The translations under genes were made by a program, and so were the position numbers. Below the pieces are notes generated by a model that ran no database searches, had not been told where the DNA came from, and saw nothing but the letters and a program-made list of their open reading frames with translations. A DNA stretch of 64,000 nucleotides, from assembly GCA_011109175.1 (NCBI GenBank), contig RDEW01000039.1:62001-126000 (forward strand), written 5' to 3'. Shown here piece by piece: positions 61,225 through 64,000 of the stretch. Source of the DNA: Dicyema japonicum. Its lineage: Eukaryota; Animalia; Dicyemida. The first letter of the stretch is position 1. Each line of letters opens with the position of its first letter.

Positions 61225-62880
61225 TGTCATCCTTTTCCATGCTCCCCTGTTCCTAGCCAAGGCTCTCATGTTGTCCAGGTCGTCGGCATTTATTAGATTT
61301 TTTTGATATTGACCAGGTTTTTTTGTAAGACTATTGGCAGTGTTGTTCTTGGTCTTCCACGATAGCGGCCTTCTTGGCTAACATAGTATGTTTCCATAGA
61401 TATGTTAGGTGGGGATGTTAATTCCATCCTCAGCACGTGTCCGAAGAGCTTCCATCGGGATTCCAGTACTTCTAAGCTGATAGGTCTAGTGCTGCATCTC
61501 TTATATAAAGCATTCCTCGATATTCTCGTAGGCCAAGTAGTTCCTGTTATTTTTCTTTGCTGACCTCTGTGGAACGAGTCTAGTTTTTCCATATCCGCTG
61601 ATGAGGTCGCCCAAGTTCCAGTGTTTTATAAAAGTACGGGTTTTATGAATGAGTCGTATAATAGGATTCTCATTTTCGTGTCGATGCCTTTTTGATTGAG
61701 CCATAGATTCTTCAGTTTATATAACGCAGCATTGGCTAGAGTTTTCCTACGTAAAATATCTTCGCTATCTCCCAAAAGTGAACCGAGTTTCTTTACTTGT
61801 CGCCACTTCTCTTCTAGGACGTTACTCATCCTTCTTATCTCTGTGAGTTCTGTTTTCTCTCTGTTCACAGTAAGAAACCATTTCCCTAGTACATCTGGTG
61901 CTTTTTCTAATAGGTTTTCCAGGACCTCTTTGTCTTCAGAAATTAGGTCTACATCGTCCGCGTAGATTACTTCTTCCGTCTTTCCTTGGTATAACGGTCT
62001 AAGTTCCCTCATAGCGGCTTCCAAATAAATTGTGAATAGTAGAGGAGAAAGAGAGTCTCCTTGTGGAGTGCCCGTGTTTGTTTCAAATTTTCTTGAATAG
62101 GTCTTTCCGACTCTCACAAGGAGCTCAGTGTTAGAAAGTAGAATTCGGGTCATCCTTAGACTCGACTCATCAAGAAATCCGCTCAGTACCCCCATTAATT
62201 TGTTCCTGTTAACCGTATCAAAAGCTCTTGATAGGTCAATTCCCAGAATATTTGTGGCGTTACGGTATCTTTGATATGTTGCACACTTCCATCTGTGACT
62301 CCAGACCGCATCAGCTGTAGATCTCCCTTCTCGAAAACCACTTTGACTATCTGGTAGGTATTTGTAAGCAGATCCTTTTATTCGTTCAAGCACAATGTTT
62401 GCCAAGACTGCGTAATGAATTTAGTAGTATGATGAGTCGCAAATTTTCGAGCGGTCCTCTGTTTTCGTTAGTTTTTTGTATGGGGATTAGTAGTCCCGTA
62501 CCCAGAGGTAGAGTTGAGTTAGTTGAAAACATTTCATTTAGCAGTGTAGCGATTTTTTTCAAAAAGAAGGTCAGGGCCGTATTTCAGTAATTCTGGGTTT
62601 ATCGCATCTGGTCCGGGGCTTCTGTTATTCTTGAGTTTTCGGCAGGCCGTTTTGATTTCCTCGGCCGTGATTGGTATCTCCAGGGGTCTTGGCCTTCCAT
62701 CAAATGGGTGGATTTCTATGGTTTTGATGTTGAAAAGCTTCTCAAAATGAGCCGCGATGGCTTCAGTTTGTTCTTTGGTGTTCAGTATCAGCTTACCGTT
62801 CTCGTCTTTTATGGTTCTCCTCACGAGTTCCTCGAACGGAGTTAGTTTTAATGACGACGAGGAGGATCTTTGTAGGGTTT
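61225..62880 (-). mobile_element. RTE-like non-LTR retrotransposon, RT to 3' end, relatively well preserved
   Basis: SPGPDAINPELLK, QSGFREGRSTAD, IDLSRAFDTV, GTPQGDSLSPLLF, YADDVD, KKLGSLLGD, RWKLFGHVLR, GRPRTTLP. Confidence 0.9.
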
Positions 62881-63079
62881 TCGTTACTGTCTCTTGAAAG
62901 GAGTTTAATTTTTTAGGTTGGTGTGGGATATGTTAGTACCCCATGCCGCGAGCAGTAACTGATTGACGGAAGTATATATTGTTAGTAGAGATGATCTACT
63001 GTCGGGTGGAACCATCTCTTGTAGTATCCAAGTAGCGTTTTTACAAAGTTTAATTTTCTCTAGGAAGAGGAGATTATTT

Positions 63080-63940
63080 TGCTCACATTTTTGCTGAAGG
63101 TCATTAGTGGGTCATATGTGACCCCCAGTATTTTGGATGAATTTGTGGAGGTGATTATTATTCAATTTAGGGTCAATGGAGGCGCCGAGTTAGTTATTTT
63201 TCTATTGGAAGTAAAGATCATAGAGCACGACTTTTCAGGACTTGTATGTAGTTGGTTCCTCGTAAGCAAACAGTTCAGGTTATCCAGTGAATCTTGTAAG
63301 CGGGTACCCGCTGTGTGGATGCATTGGTCTCTTGTTCCCAAGATTAAGTCGTCGGTGTAAGCAAGGAATAGGATATCGTCGCAGCTGTATGAAGGCATGT
63401 CGCTCATGAATAGGTTGAATAGAATGGGAGAGAGAGGGATCCTTGCGGGACCCCGTTCGGTAGAAATTTAGTGATTGAAGATGTGGAATGGGAGATTATT
63501 TTTCGTCTTTGTATGTTGAGGAAGTTATCGAGCCAAATTTTCAGGTTGTTGGGAATGTTAAAGCCATAGATCTTCCTAGTGAACATTTTCCTCGGTATTG
63601 AGTCAAAAGCCTTCTGTATGTTAATGGAACACATAACGGTCTTTTGATGCCGAGGTTTGCGTTGAAAGATGAATTTTGTCAGGCAGGTAAGGTGGGTAGT
63701 TGTGGAACGAGCCTTCTTAAATCCATGTTGGAAAGATGCGTCTGGGAGGTAAGGTTTAATCTGAATGAGAATGAGTTTATCCAGGATTTTGGAGGTGGCC
63801 ACAGAAGGGATATTGGTCTGTACGAAGCTGGTGAGTGCTTCGATCGTCCAGGTTTTAGGTAAAATTTTGAGTTTGAAATTTTGATTTTTTAATAATGTGT
63901 GGCCAATTCTCCTAAGAAAATTGGCTTTTTCGAACAACTT
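63080..63940 (-). mobile_element. Ingi/Vingi-like LINE RT fragment
   Basis: QHGFKKARSTTTHL, NIQKAFDSIPR, GVPQGSLS, AYTDDL. Confidence 0.85.
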
Positions 63941-64000
63941 TTAGCCATATGTTGGCCAATTTAAGAGTTAGCCAAAAGAGAGACTTTACTGTATATGATA

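Noticed and set aside
1-64000. Microsporidian or ciliate origin suggested by the tiny introns and TE types
   Set aside because: SoxB, ETS and calbindin-32-like genes are animal-type; a complex I subunit and MRPS21 exclude microsporidia, and standard stop codons are used

Overview
AT-rich eukaryotic (animal) genomic DNA, largely a graveyard of transposable elements with short host genes in between. Host genes recovered by manual splicing: MRPS21, a PWWP-domain protein with a long acidic tail, SoxB, PDIA6, NDUFB2, Elongin B, the C-terminal half of ULK4, an ETS factor, a calbindin-32-like EF-hand protein and tRNA-Glu(UUC). There is also a decayed 18S rRNA 5' fragment. Almost all introns are 22-30 nt GT-AG (one GC-AG). 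Sox/Ets genes plus such introns point, by inference, to a dicyemid mesozoan. Mobile DNA includes Ingi/Vingi-like, RTE-like, Jockey/CR1-like, CRE and R4/Dong non-LTR retrotransposons, two tRNA-headed SINE families, and hAT, MULE, Merlin, Tc1 and Ginger-like DNA transposons, often nested. The most interesting system is an Ingi/Vingi-like LINE whose 5' end carries a covarying HDV-ribozyme-like double-pseudoknot candidate and a 2A-like (GDIxxNPGP) peptide before the APE domain, with a SINE that has captured the same leader. Also notable are DNA transposases carrying host-style mini-introns. Many frameshifts and N-joined duplications look like assembly error. All assignments come from manual motif recognition; no searches were run, and most TE boundaries are approximate.
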